Of a stretch of 32,000 nt of DNA, positions 9,939 through 19,444 are shown one piece after another. The stretch is from Candidatus Kuenenia stuttgartensis (lineage in GTDB: Bacteria > Planctomycetota > Brocadiia > Brocadiales > Brocadiaceae): positions 30,001-62,000 of the forward strand of contig NZ_LT934425.1 of assembly GCF_900232105.1 (NCBI RefSeq), in the 5' to 3' direction. The translations under genes and the position numbers were made by a program. Each line of letters starts with the position of its first letter. Position 1 is the first letter of the stretch. The notes under the pieces are model-generated. The model was not told the DNA's origin. It saw nothing but the letters and a program-made list of their open reading frames with translations, and did not search any database.

Positions 9939-10028
9939 CAATGTCATTAAGTTAAGGATATTTGATCAAAAACAACCCCCTTTTCTAAGGGGGATTTTGC
10001 GGCAGGTAGTTTAACTTAATGACATTGG
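9939..10028. repeat. 90-bp element with perfect 18-bp terminal inverted repeats (MITE/REP-like)
   Basis: ccaatgtcattaagttaa (9939-9956) is the exact reverse complement of ttaacttaatgacattgg (10011-10028). The 54-nt interior holds a second hairpin, ccccctt-ttct-aaggggg (9976-9993). Confidence 0.7.
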
Positions 10029-10264
10029 GCTGCAAACATGAGCTCATTATGAAAATTTGCATGTGTTTACTATGCTATTTATAGTATTATTTTGTAAAAA
10101 CTCTATTTTTTTCAAAAAGCCAAACTATTATAAAAATGCGAATTTATTTGTTATTTGTTATTTGTCGTTTATTATTTATGCATAGTAAACAAACAGATAC
10201 CCTATTCATGATGCAGTCTTCATTATAAATACAATAGAACAGCATACCGTTAGGAGGTTGCGAA

Positions 10265-12361
10265 ATGGATGTTACCCAAATCTTTGGCACAAATGTCTTT
10301 AACGATGAAGTTATGAGGAAAAGGCTGCCAAAGGATACCTATCAACTGCTTAAAAAAACAATTGATAAAGAAATTCCTTTACCGCCGGAGGTCGCGGATG
10401 TTGTTGCAAGCGCTATGAAAGACTGGGCAATAGAGAGGGGCGCAACACATTATACCCACTGGTTTCAGCCTCTGACTGGAAGTACCGCCGAGAAGCATGA
10501 TTCTTTCATCTCGCAGACAACACAAGGCGGCATAATTATGGAATTTTCCGGCAAGCAACTTATCAAAGGAGAACCGGACGCATCGAGTTTCCCAAGCGGT
10601 GGGTTGCGCGCAACCTTTGAGGCTCGTGGATATACCGCTTGGGACTGCACCTCTCCTGCATTTTTAAAGGAAGACGGGCTTGGCGGCGTCACCCTCTGTA
10701 TTCCAACCGCTTTTTGTTCCTATACCGGTATGGCGCTTGACAAGAAAACGCCAATGCTTCGTTCCATGGCGGCTGTTTCAAAACAAGCGCTCCGCGTTTT
10801 AAGGGCATTGGGGAATAAAACCACAAATAAAGTTACCCCAACAGTCGGCGCAGAGCAGGAGTATTTCCTGGTTGATAAAAAATTCTTCGCGCAAAGATTA
10901 GATTTGATTGTAGCAGGAAGAACACTTTTTGGAGCTTCAGCCCCCAAAGGGCAGGAAATGGAAGACCATTACTTTGGTCAAATAAAGGATCGTATTGCCG
11001 AGTTTATGAAGGACCTTGATAAGGAGCTATGGAAACTTGGGGTCGCTTCTAAAACGAAACATAATGAAGTCGCCCCTTCTCAATTTGAAATGGCGCCGCT
11101 CTTTACATCGGCAAATATTGCGGCAGATCAAAATCAGCTTGTAATGGAGACGCTGCAGAAGGTTGCCATCAGGCATAACCTTGTATGCCTTTTGCATGAG
11201 AAACCCTATGCCGGTTTAAGTGGTTCAGGAAAACATACAAACTGGTCATTGTGTACTGATGACGGCATGAATTTGCTTGACCCCGGAACCACACCCCACG
11301 AGAACGCTCAGTTTTTACTTTTTCTCAGCGCACTGATAACGGCTGTTGACCGCCATGCGCACCTTTTGAGAAGATCAGCGGCAAATTCTGGCAATGACCA
11401 CCGCCTTGGCGCGAATGAGGCGCCGCCTGCGATTATTTCTGTCTTTATGGGACAGGAACTGACTGACATTTTAGAAGCAATTTCTAAGGGGAAAAAAGCG
11501 ACTTCAAAAGGCCTCACATCGATTGAGATAGGGGTAGATACCTTGCCGCCACTTCCGTTGGATAATTCTGACAGAAACCGAACGTCTCCCTTTGCGTTTA
11601 CCGGCAATAAATTTGAATTCCGTATGGTTGCGTCTTCCGCTTCCATTTCAGGGCCATGCGTTGTTTTAAATACCATTGTGGCGGAAGCGCTTGATGAAAT
11701 TGCCACCCGGCTTGAAAAAGCAAAGGATATAAACAAAGAAACCACACTCGTTATACGCGACGCCGTGCAGGAACATGGAAGGATTATTTTTAACGGGAAC
11801 AGTTATTCGGAAGAATGGATAAAAGAAGCGGAGAAAAGAGGATTGCCAAATATTCGTTCCACCGCAGAAGCGCTGAAAACGTTTGCGGAAAAAAAGGCAG
11901 TTGATTTGTTTAGAAAATACAAAGTACTTTCTAAAGAAGAGTTGCATTCACGGCGCGAGATTTATCTCGAACAGTATGCAAAACAGATTTGTATTGAGGC
12001 AAAAGCGGCGCTTGATATGGCAAGAAGTTTATATATTCCCGCAGTATTGACCTTTGTTAAAGAACTTGCGGAATCAATAGAAAAGCTGGAGACGATAAAA
12101 GGTTCTTCTGTTGTGCAAAGAGATTTGCTGACAAAGGTATCCACCCTTCTGGAGACGTCATACAAAAATGTTGAACAACTTGATACCGAACTGACAAAGA
12201 CGTATGAAATTGAGGATAGCGATAAACGTGCGGCTGCATGCCGTGATACGGTGGTTGCTACAATGAATGATTTGAGGCAAAACATCGACTCACTGGAAAA
12301 AATTGTCTCACGAAAATTGTGGCCGGTTCCTACCTATGCAGACCTTTTATTCAATTTGTAA
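10265..12361 (+). CDS. glnN: Glutamine synthetase type III
   Basis: 698 aa, the size class of GSIII. AGGAGG SD 7 nt upstream. Catalytic-region motifs [24 protein letters not shown] and [18 protein letters not shown]. Confidence 0.85.
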   Translation: MDVTQIFGTNVFNDEVMRKRLPKDTYQLLKKTIDKEIPLPPEVADVVASAMKDWAIERGATHYTHWFQPLTGSTAEKHDSFISQTTQGGIIMEFSGKQLIKGEPDASSFPSGGLRATFEARGYTAWDCTSPAFLKEDGLGGVTLCIPTAFCSYTGMALDKKTPMLRSMAAVSKQALRVLRALGNKTTNKVTPTVGAEQEYFLVDKKFFAQRLDLIVAGRTLFGASAPKGQEMEDHYFGQIKDRIAEFMKDLDKELWKLGVASKTKHNEVAPSQFEMAPLFTSANIAADQNQLVMETLQKVAIRHNLVCLLHEKPYAGLSGSGKHTNWSLCTDDGMNLLDPGTTPHENAQFLLFLSALITAVDRHAHLLRRSAANSGNDHRLGANEAPPAIISVFMGQELTDILEAISKGKKATSKGLTSIEIGVDTLPPLPLDNSDRNRTSPFAFTGNKFEFRMVASSASISGPCVVLNTIVAEALDEIATRLEKAKDINKETTLVIRDAVQEHGRIIFNGNSYSEEWIKEAEKRGLPNIRSTAEALKTFAEKKAVDLFRKYKVLSKEELHSRREIYLEQYAKQICIEAKAALDMARSLYIPAVLTFVKELAESIEKLETIKGSSVVQRDLLTKVSTLLETSYKNVEQLDTELTKTYEIEDSDKRAAACRDTVVATMNDLRQNIDSLEKIVSRKLWPVPTYADLLFNL

Positions 12362-12431
12362 TTTAATCGCAAAGATAAAATATTTTTGTAACAAACACAT
12401 CATTTCATACTAATAAAGGGGAATTACATCA

Positions 12432-13286
12432 ATGAGTAAGTTAATAAACAGTATAAAATCGTTTCGACGCCATGGGACGAAAATCATTTTGACACTGTCA
12501 CTTGTGGTATCTTTTATTTTACCTGCATATGCGCAGGAGAATCTGTGGAAGGAACTCAATGATAAAACTACCACACTTTTACAAGAGAAAAGATACGCCG
12601 ACGCAATAAAGTCAGGGGAAGATGCATTAAAGATTGCAAAGGAAACATTCCCGCCCGGCCATATCTCTATTGCAGCTTCAATGAACTTGCTTGGTATACT
12701 TTATAGAACCTACACCATGTATGACGAAGCCGAACCTCTTTTCAATCAGGCGCTGGATATTTATAGGGAAACAAATGGCACAGACCACCCTACGGTCGCT
12801 TACGTCCTGCAGGAATTGGCGGAAATGTTTCTCCTTCAGGACAACTATGCTAAAGCAGAGCCGCTTTACAAACAATCTCTTGGTATATATGAGAATGTCT
12901 CCGGACAGGACAATCCCGGCATAGTCAACATCCTGAACAGATTGGGAGAAATTTACCAACACCAGGAAAAATATGCCGACGCAATACTCTTTTACAAAAG
13001 GGCGTTGGCAATTGAAGTGGAAATCTTTGGCAACGACCACCCGGACGTTGCATCATCAATGAACAATCTTGCAACACTTTATTATCACAATGGAGAAAAC
13101 ACAAAAGCGGAGTCTCTTTATAAACAGGCGCTGGAAATATATGAAAATGAATACGGCGCAGACCATCCCTTAGTTGCAACCATACTGGAAAATATGGCAG
13201 TTTTTTACGAGGGAACCGGAAAAAAAGAAGCTGCAAAACAACTACATGACAGGGCAAAAAAGATTTATTCCAATTACCGGAAATGA
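12432..13286 (+). CDS. Exported tetratricopeptide-repeat (TPR_10/12-type) protein
   Basis: Signal peptide (ILTLSLVVSFILPAYAQ) followed by about six 42-aa repeats of the form Y..AEPLY..AL.I.E...G.DHP.VA..LNNLA.LY. Confidence 0.8.
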   Translation: MSKLINSIKSFRRHGTKIILTLSLVVSFILPAYAQENLWKELNDKTTTLLQEKRYADAIKSGEDALKIAKETFPPGHISIAASMNLLGILYRTYTMYDEAEPLFNQALDIYRETNGTDHPTVAYVLQELAEMFLLQDNYAKAEPLYKQSLGIYENVSGQDNPGIVNILNRLGEIYQHQEKYADAILFYKRALAIEVEIFGNDHPDVASSMNNLATLYYHNGENTKAESLYKQALEIYENEYGADHPLVATILENMAVFYEGTGKKEAAKQLHDRAKKIYSNYRK

Positions 13287-13307
13287 AATGCAACACGAAT
13301 GTTTTGA

Positions 13308-14239
13308 ATGGATGATGCAATGAATATCAATGCAAGCATTATTGACCAAAGGGTTGCGGGCATCATTGAAGACCATACGGATTGGCTACCGACCGGAAGC
13401 GACATTAACAAAAAGGGGTCTTCTGCATTTGTGCTACTGTGCATGTCAACATGTCTTGATATTCCCACGGAGGAGACCGCCGAATTGCTCACCGAAGGCG
13501 GAAATGATGCCGGGGTTGACGGTCTTCATGTGGGTGAGGTTGATTTCATCCATTTTAATCACGATTCGATTGTTCACATCTTCCAACGAAGCAGAAGGTG
13601 GACGCCAGCCTGACCTTGAACTGCCAAGCCATTGTGGAGGACATGAATTACATGCGCGTGCTGGTGGGCCGCGTTTCTGTTCAAGAGATTCACCGCATAT
13701 TTAATTACCACGGTGATAAACTGCTGGAGCGTAATATTCGCCGCTATCTCGGACTTCACACCAGCCGGGTAAACACCGCAATCCACGAAACGCTGTGCGA
13801 TCCTCAGAAGTCGGACAAATTCTACTTTTACAACAACGGCATTACCGTGGTCTGTGAAAAATTTGATTACAACGCATTTCAGAAATTTGACTACAAGGTG
13901 CAAATCAAGAATATGCAGGTGATTAACGGCGGCCAGACCTGCAAGACTATTCAGAAAACACTGAATAAGCGGTCGTTGTTTCCCAATATGATCGGCGAAT
14001 CCGCCTATGTGATGATTCGTATCTATCAAATTTCCTATGAGGAAGCAGTAGATAAGGAGTATGAGAAGCACTACGACTTTCAATCAGAAGCCGTCCGTGC
14101 CGGGTTCGGGAAATCCTGGCAGGAACGCGACTATAACATCATCGTCGCCGTGGCTGACAATATCCCCAACAACGTCCTCGAAGAAGATCCCAAGCTGCTC
14201 ATGTGGTACGACCAGGCGGTAACCAGGATGGGAGATTGA
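13308..14239 (+). pseudogene. AIPR (abortive-infection phage resistance) domain gene, split by a frame change and about half the usual family length
   Basis: Frame A (13308-13613) encodes an AIPR-type N-terminus: SSAFVLLCMSTCLDIPTEETAELLTEGGNDAGVDGLHVGEVD...IVHIFQ. Frame B (open from 13559, track ORF 13598-14239) carries the AIPR core: LLERNIRRYLGLHTSRVNTAIHETLCDPQKSDKFYFYNNGITVVCEKF...VQIKNMQVINGGQTCKTIQ. The two frames join sensibly only with a 1-nt correction near 13585-13586. Confidence 0.6.
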
Positions 14240-14246
14240 ACCACGA

Positions 14247-16082
14247 ATGGACAAGAATGAACACGAATTCATTTCGCTGGTTGATCTTGGCATGGCCTAT
14301 CGCAAAGCAAAGGCTGACCTTTTTTATTCTCCTAGGGCATGCAGGAAAGCTTTGTCTGCTTTAGAGTTAAGACTATCGAAGAAGCTCGTGGCACTTCAAA
14401 ATAAGCTTACTAAAGGAGAAGCACCGTCTGTTTCAAGCCAAAAGTGGACACTGGTTCCTAAAGAGATTAAATACGAAGAATTTAAAACAGAACAGATCAG
14501 TTCTGATCCACAACACCTTTGGGACTCAATCTGCAAACATGAGAACGTTAATTCGAGGAAAGTACAGGCGGAATTCCGGCTGATGGAGAAGCTGTCTATC
14601 GAATTTCATGTTTTTGCAGCACTCTGGATTAACAAAATCGGTCATAAGTTTGAAGCTAAACTAACGACCTCCGCTCGAGGAAATCGTCTCCGGCGGAACA
14701 AAAACGGCAAAATCAACACCCTTTCGCTTGGTTCAACCGTTCCTTACTTGTATGCTTACTGCAAATGGCGCGACGATGCCTTCGTTGCCATGGAGAATGC
14801 CTTGGAGCATGAAAAGTCGGTAGTCGCTATTACCGCCGATGTCACCTCTTTTTACCATAAACTCGATGTCCGCTTCATGCTCAATGATCACTTTATTAAG
14901 CGGATCGGTGTTGAGCTGGATAATGATGAAAAGAAGCTCCATTCCCTGTTCATCACTGCGCTTTATCAATGGGCAAAAAAAACTCCTCTCAAACGAGGGC
15001 TGCCCGTTGGTCTTACAGCATCTTCGGTCATTGCCAATGTGGCGTTGTTTGAACTGGACGGGCTTTTCGAGCGTGAAATTGTGCCGCTGTATTACGGACG
15101 TTATGTAGATGACATCATTCTTGTCATGGAAAACGGGGCGAATTTCAAGAGATCCGTCGAGATATGGGATTGGCTAGTTGCGCGTATGGATAAAGCGTTG
15201 AGATGGAAAGATGAAAAAGACAAAAAGGAGTTGCAATACACTCAGCCATATCTTGATGGCAGCGAAATCATCTTTGCCAACAAAAAGAATAAAACATTCC
15301 TGCTTTCAGGTGCGAGTGGTCTTTCCGTGCTGAAATCCATTCAGCATGAGGTTCAGATTCGTACCAGTGAGTGGCGCGCATTGCCCGCTCTACCTGGCAA
15401 CAGCACCCAATTGGAATCCATGCTACTGACCGCGATTCAAAGAGATGGCATCTCGGCCGATAGTCTGCGTAAAGCTGATAAAGTTTCGGTGCGGCGCGCC
15501 GGTTTTGCGCTCAAGCTGCGAGATATCGAGGCCTATGCACGAGCACTGTCCCCTGATAAATGGCAAAAACAACGTCACTCGTTTCTAACCGCCTTTATCC
15601 GCCATGTTCTGGTGCTGCCGACCTTCTTTGATTTCTACAACTACCTGTCACGCATACTGATGCTTGCGGTTAGCTGTGGCGATTTCGCCCATCTGCGCAA
15701 GATGCTGGATGCCTTGGAAAAGATATTGATGCAACTGGAAGACTGCGATATAAGTATCAAGGCGCAACCGAAGAGCAGGTCACGAATAGAGAAACCCATA
15801 TCTCTAGTATCGGAACACTTCCAAAAAAAGCTGAAGACAATCTTCTGTAAAAATCTGAAGACAATCATCTGTGAGTCCATCGAATGCGCTTATCCGTTGC
15901 GGCTGACCCGGGAATCGAAGACACTTTGGAGTACACATTTTGATGAGAATCATGATCTCTATATACCTCAGCCATTTCGAAAGATTCAGGCACGGCACCA
16001 GCGATACCTGAAGCAGGACCTGGCGCACAGTCCACTGAAAACATGTTTGTTGCAACCCGCTGCTAAGCCCCACAATAAATGA
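14247..16082 (+). CDS. Stand-alone reverse transcriptase of the Abi/UG (defence-associated) type; last 6 codons and stop are supplied by the transposon end
   Basis: RT palm motifs: VVAITADVTSFYHKLD (catalytic D codon at 14838-14840), GLPVGLTASSVIANVALFELD (14997-15047) and YGRYVDDIILV (YVDD at 15102-15113). About 300 aa of helical-looking C-terminal extension follow, with no maturase X motif, no endonuclease and no retron-like flanking non-coding DNA. Starts 7 nt after the AIPR gene stop. Transposon identity begins at 16061, inside codon GCT (16059-16061). Confidence 0.75.
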   Translation: MDKNEHEFISLVDLGMAYRKAKADLFYSPRACRKALSALELRLSKKLVALQNKLTKGEAPSVSSQKWTLVPKEIKYEEFKTEQISSDPQHLWDSICKHENVNSRKVQAEFRLMEKLSIEFHVFAALWINKIGHKFEAKLTTSARGNRLRRNKNGKINTLSLGSTVPYLYAYCKWRDDAFVAMENALEHEKSVVAITADVTSFYHKLDVRFMLNDHFIKRIGVELDNDEKKLHSLFITALYQWAKKTPLKRGLPVGLTASSVIANVALFELDGLFEREIVPLYYGRYVDDIILVMENGANFKRSVEIWDWLVARMDKALRWKDEKDKKELQYTQPYLDGSEIIFANKKNKTFLLSGASGLSVLKSIQHEVQIRTSEWRALPALPGNSTQLESMLLTAIQRDGISADSLRKADKVSVRRAGFALKLRDIEAYARALSPDKWQKQRHSFLTAFIRHVLVLPTFFDFYNYLSRILMLAVSCGDFAHLRKMLDALEKILMQLEDCDISIKAQPKSRSRIEKPISLVSEHFQKKLKTIFCKNLKTIICESIECAYPLRLTRESKTLWSTHFDENHDLYIPQPFRKIQARHQRYLKQDLAHSPLKTCLLQPAAKPHNK

Positions 16083-16098
16083 ACCTGGAATTCTCAGA

Positions 16099-16401
16099 TT
16101 AAGTGGAATTAATATATTGAGGTAAAACGGATTTTAGCAGATAGACAGCATCTGGGAAAGAGGAGTTGGAATCTACCATGACGATGTCGATGGTATTAAA
16201 GTTTTTTTTACAACGGAAACACCTGGCGAGGTTCGTATTTGGGTTGGTGGCGGAATTAAATTCAGAACAGAGAGGGCAGAGGAAGCGGAAATAGCCTTCG
16301 GAGTATTTATGAGGTATGGAGAGGACATCAGCGATGAGTCGATCGATGGGGATATCGTTTCGTAATGAGCGCAAGAGTTGAGGGGAAAAGAGACGGGCCA
16401 T
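16099..16401 (-). CDS. Transposon gene 4: small CHC2-like zinc-finger protein
   Basis: 100 aa with an AGGAGG SD. FRFLCPLCSEFNSATNPNTNLARCFRCKKNFNTIDIVM resembles the primase-type CHC2 finger (CP.H.E..PS......... .C..C...G..I.F). Its stop lies only 38 bp from the transposon end. Confidence 0.55.
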   Translation of the reverse strand: MARLFSPQLLRSLRNDIPIDRLIADVLSIPHKYSEGYFRFLCPLCSEFNSATNPNTNLARCFRCKKNFNTIDIVMVDSNSSFPDAVYLLKSVLPQYINST

Positions 16402-16412
16402 GGTAGACCTCC

Positions 16413-17204
16413 TTAAAAAGATTGAATTTCAGCAAGAGCCTGATGGAAGATATCCTGGGTAATTTTCTGTGATTGTCTGATGGAAGCGTTAATCAGGCAG
16501 GCGGTGGAAATGGCGTTGATTTGCCTTGGGATGCCGGCGGAGAACTCATGGATCAGGTCTTTGACGTCTGAGTCAAAGATTTTATCGGATGCGCCGGAAG
16601 ATTTCAGATGGAAGTCTATGTATGCAGCGGTTTGAGTTTTAGTAAGGGGATGAATGTGGTAATGTACCGAGATGCGTTGTGCGAAGTCGGCATGGATGTC
16701 TCTTTTGAGGATATATTTGAGGTGTTCCTGTCCCGAGAGGATGATTTTGAGATGAGTGGAAGAATCAAGCGGAGAGCTGACAAGGAGTCTGAGGTCTGTG
16801 ATGGCGTCGGTTTTCAGGAGATGAGCCTCGTCGATAACGATAATGGGAGTGAGATTTGAGCGCAAGGATTTATCCATAATTTGGAGGAAGAGCCGGTCTT
16901 TGGTGTGTTTTGGTATTTCACCGAGCTGGGAGACGATTAAGGAGAGAAGGCTGGATGATTTTAGGTGGGTAAAATGGAGGTAGATGGGGAGAAACAGGTT
17001 TTGGGGGATTTGTGAGAGGAAGAGTTTGAGGAGTGTGGATTTTCCGACTCCCGTCTGTCCGTAGAGGACGGCGATAGAGCCTGAGTGTAAGAGGTATTGG
17101 AGTCGTGCAAGCCCCTGGGTAAAGCGTTCGTCTTTCATGATAAGGCTGGTGTTGATTCTTTCAGAGAACGGCTGAGTAGTCATGGAAAAATGAGAAGTAA
17201 ACAT
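16413..17204 (-). CDS. Transposon gene 3: AAA+ ATPase (ExeA/TniB/TnsC-like transposition ATPase)
   Basis: 263 aa. The N-terminal FSMTTQPFSERINTSLIMKDERFTQGLARLQYLL is ExeA-like. Walker A is LYGQTGVGKST and Walker B is PIIVIDEAHLL. It starts 3 nt after the transposase stop. Confidence 0.8.
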   Translation of the reverse strand: MFTSHFSMTTQPFSERINTSLIMKDERFTQGLARLQYLLHSGSIAVLYGQTGVGKSTLLKLFLSQIPQNLFLPIYLHFTHLKSSSLLSLIVSQLGEIPKHTKDRLFLQIMDKSLRSNLTPIIVIDEAHLLKTDAITDLRLLVSSPLDSSTHLKIILSGQEHLKYILKRDIHADFAQRISVHYHIHPLTKTQTAAYIDFHLKSSGASDKIFDSDVKDLIHEFSAGIPRQINAISTACLINASIRQSQKITQDIFHQALAEIQSF

Positions 17205-17206
17205 GG

Positions 17207-18767
17207 TTAAGAGACCTCCTTTTTCGAGTAAGCGATTTGTAATTCACGAATGATATAGGGTAAGGTTTTCACGGAGGCATTTTGGAATGCCTCCGTGAGC
17301 AATGATTCGTTGAGAGCGGGGATACGGTTGTAGCATTTTTTAAGCGATTCGAGTTCATGAGAGCTGAAGGCGGAGAGAGAGCCTTTGTGTCCCATGAGGA
17401 GTGCGAGTTTCTGGACGAATGCCATGAATGGCCAGGGTCGTTCGGAGATGATTTGGTGGTAATCAATGCCTTTGGCCTGAGCCTGGAGAATGGATTTGTG
17501 TTTCTGAGTGATAGGGTCGAGGTAATTATGTTTTGGTTTTGAAGGTGAGGCGGCTGGAGTTTCAGCGCCCTGGTCGCGCAGGTAGAGATTTCCCGAGCCG
17601 AGGTATTCACCGTTTGCGGAATAGATCAAGACCTTTTTGAGATCGCCGTATGGGTCGTAACGGACTTCTACTTTATCGCCTCTGAGTTTGGGGTCAACAC
17701 GGTAAAAGCGGTTATCAATGCGGACATCGGCAAAGGTTCTGTCAACGGTTCTGGGGATGCGTTTCATGAAGAAGGCAAGAGCGGCGTCCATATCGACGTG
17801 TCGGATGACGGTAAGCCCCTCGTCGTAGCGTTGTTTTGGAGATTGATTGGTTTCGGAGTGGATTCTTGCGTGATAGACAACGGCAAGGTAAGCGGAGAAG
17901 GCCTGGTTAATGGCATCAAGGGTGATAATGTCGCCGGAGCGGACTTCCGACTCGAACTGTGTCTGGCTGGTGCCGAAGAAACGTTCGACCAGTCCGCCGG
18001 GAGCAGGGTCGCGTGGTGGTCTGTGGATGAGTTTAATGCCGAGGTTGTAACAGGCAGAGCGCAGGGCGTCAGAGTGGTAGACCTTGGCATTGTCGAGGTA
18101 GAGTTCTTTGGGCGAGCCGTGGATAGTCCAGGCCCTGATGAGAGAATCGATAAGGATATCGAGGGTTTGTTTGAGATAATACCGTCCTTCGACCACATAA
18201 CGGCTGTAGCAGTCGATAAAGAGACAGAGGTTTGTGGGAAGCGCCTCGCCGTCAACGAGCACGAAAGGGCCTTCCTGGAAGTCGCCAATCCAGAGGTCGT
18301 GGGTATGCTCACGGCTAAGAGCGTATACGCACCTTTTGCTGTGAGACGCCGAGTTTGAGCCGGGTCGCCCCTGCGAGTCTGAGATGGCGGTAGAGGGTGG
18401 ATTTGGGGATCGTTTTCCCATAGTATTTCTCAAGAAAGCGGTTGAGGCAATCGTCGCTGCGGCGTGGTTGTTCTTTTTTGAGTTCAACGGCTTTGTCGAT
18501 AATTTCAGGAGAAAACCTTCTGGATGCGCCACGGTCGCTCCTCGCCTTTCTTGCAAGAGATTGAAATCCATCTTTGCGGTAGCGGTTGAGTTTTCTCCTG
18601 AGGGTAGAGATAGTGGGTCTTTTCCGCTTTCCGTTGGGGAATACGACCTCCTGAAGGCAGAGTTTTTTCAGAAAAAGGTTGGTCTGCTCCTTCTCAATCT
18701 CACCGAAGATGACAGGATGCAGAAGATTGCACCAGAATAAAGCCCATTTTTCGTCTTTCGATTTCAT
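17207..18767 (-). CDS. Transposon gene 2: DDE transposase (Mu A/TnsB/TniA-like), encoded in two overlapping frames requiring a +1 shift
   Basis: Frame 1 (18767-18315) holds the HTH N-terminal domains (ISTLRRKLNRYRKDGFQSLARKARSDRG...TIPKSTLYRHLRLAG). Frame 2 (to 17207) holds the DDE core (HDLWIGDF, LCLFIDCYSRYVVG, ELYLDNAKVYHS, GGLVERFF). It also holds a Mu-transposase-type C-terminal domain (VRIDNRFYRVDPKLRGDKVEVRYDPYGDLKKVLIY). This copy has no internal stop other than the frame junction. Confidence 0.8.
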
Positions 18768-18805
18768 AATTCACCTCCTTTTTTAAGTGTGGAGGTGATT
18801 GTAAC

Positions 18806-19444
18806 TCAAGACCAGCCGCTTTTTGTTGCCAGTTCGGGGAAAAATGAATGCCCAAAAATTCGGTGATATTCCGGCTCGGCGCTGAACAATTGAATCGATT
18901 GATCGAGGGAGGTTTTTCGTTGTTTGCTTTTATACTTTCCGTGGTAAATGGGAAACATTTGGCGAAAAACCGGAGAGTTGGGGTCGGCCTGCCTGATGAG
19001 GTCAAAGGCGTTGCGGAGTGTGTATTTCAGTGAGCCAAAGAAACGCAGCCACCTCCAAACGGTTGACCAGGCAAGCATGCGGTTGTCTATTTCCTGTGTT
19101 CGGGTAGTATATCCGATGGCAGAGGAGACACTCCGGTAGGTTTCTGTATCATCTTTGACATAAGCCTGACTGAAGGAGAGACAGTGATCCTTTACGTACC
19201 GCTTGTAAGGGAGCGCATACTCAGGATAGGAAGTAAACGTCTTCTTGCACAAGGAACATTTCCAACGTCCCAGGAAAGATTCTATCGTATGAACAAGGGA
19301 GTCGATAATAACGTGAAACAACCGATATCTGCATTCATGAAGGGTGAAATTGACATGGGTACTCTTGCACTTTGGACAAAAGCATGGCTTCTGTTTTGTC
19401 GCAATAAGCTTTTCATGCTTGTGGATTTTTTCTATAATATTCAC
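18806..19444 (-). CDS. Transposon gene 1: zinc-ribbon protein of unknown function
   Basis: 212 aa, GTG start 6 nt after AGGAGG. Two CxxC pairs (CFCPKCKSTHVNFTLHEC...RWKCSLCKKTFTSYPEYALPYKRY). The pattern resembles transposase-adjacent DUF6431-type proteins from memory, so this is a low-confidence family call. Confidence 0.5.
   Translation of the reverse strand: MNIIEKIHKHEKLIATKQKPCFCPKCKSTHVNFTLHECRYRLFHVIIDSLVHTIESFLGRWKCSLCKKTFTSYPEYALPYKRYVKDHCLSFSQAYVKDDTETYRSVSSAIGYTTRTQEIDNRMLAWSTVWRWLRFFGSLKYTLRNAFDLIRQADPNSPVFRQMFPIYHGKYKSKQRKTSLDQSIQLFSAEPEYHRIFGHSFFPELATKSGWS

Noticed and set aside
10144-10164. Tandem TTATTTG x3 upstream of glnN, and the heptamer array at 30608-30656, considered as CRISPR or another array
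   Set aside because: The units are 7 nt with no spacers. The first is AT-rich simple sequence in a leader region. Neither has CRISPR repeat-spacer architecture.
9600-10264. Glutamine riboswitch (glnA RNA motif) or sigma-54 promoter upstream of glnN
   Set aside because: I scanned for the conserved riboswitch core and for TGGCAC-N5-TTGC. Only a poor TGGCAA-N5-TCTT at ~9751 was seen, and no riboswitch-like sequence.
15804-16073. 89-aa minus-strand ORF, and the frame that would continue the small 25018 ORF across the palindrome into the RT antisense strand
   Set aside because: Both are antisense to the RT gene, where long open antisense frames are expected by chance in G+C-richer coding DNA. 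There is no independent support that the two outer flanks were ever contiguous.
14247-16082. Retron or group II intron identity for the 611-aa RT
   Set aside because: - Against a retron: it is too long, there is no non-coding region with inverted repeats for msr/msd upstream (the upstream DNA is the AIPR gene), and I saw no retron-type motifs.
- Against group II: there is no maturase X motif, no ribozyme-like flanks, and it is dissimilar to the real intron RT in this window.
17764-18358. 182-aa S/T/P-rich ORF and 186-aa antisense ORF inside the transposase gene (and their mirror images at 22647-23241)
   Set aside because: They are alternative-frame and antisense shadows of the DDE core in G+C-richer DNA. 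Their identity between the two loci is just a consequence of the duplication, not of selection.
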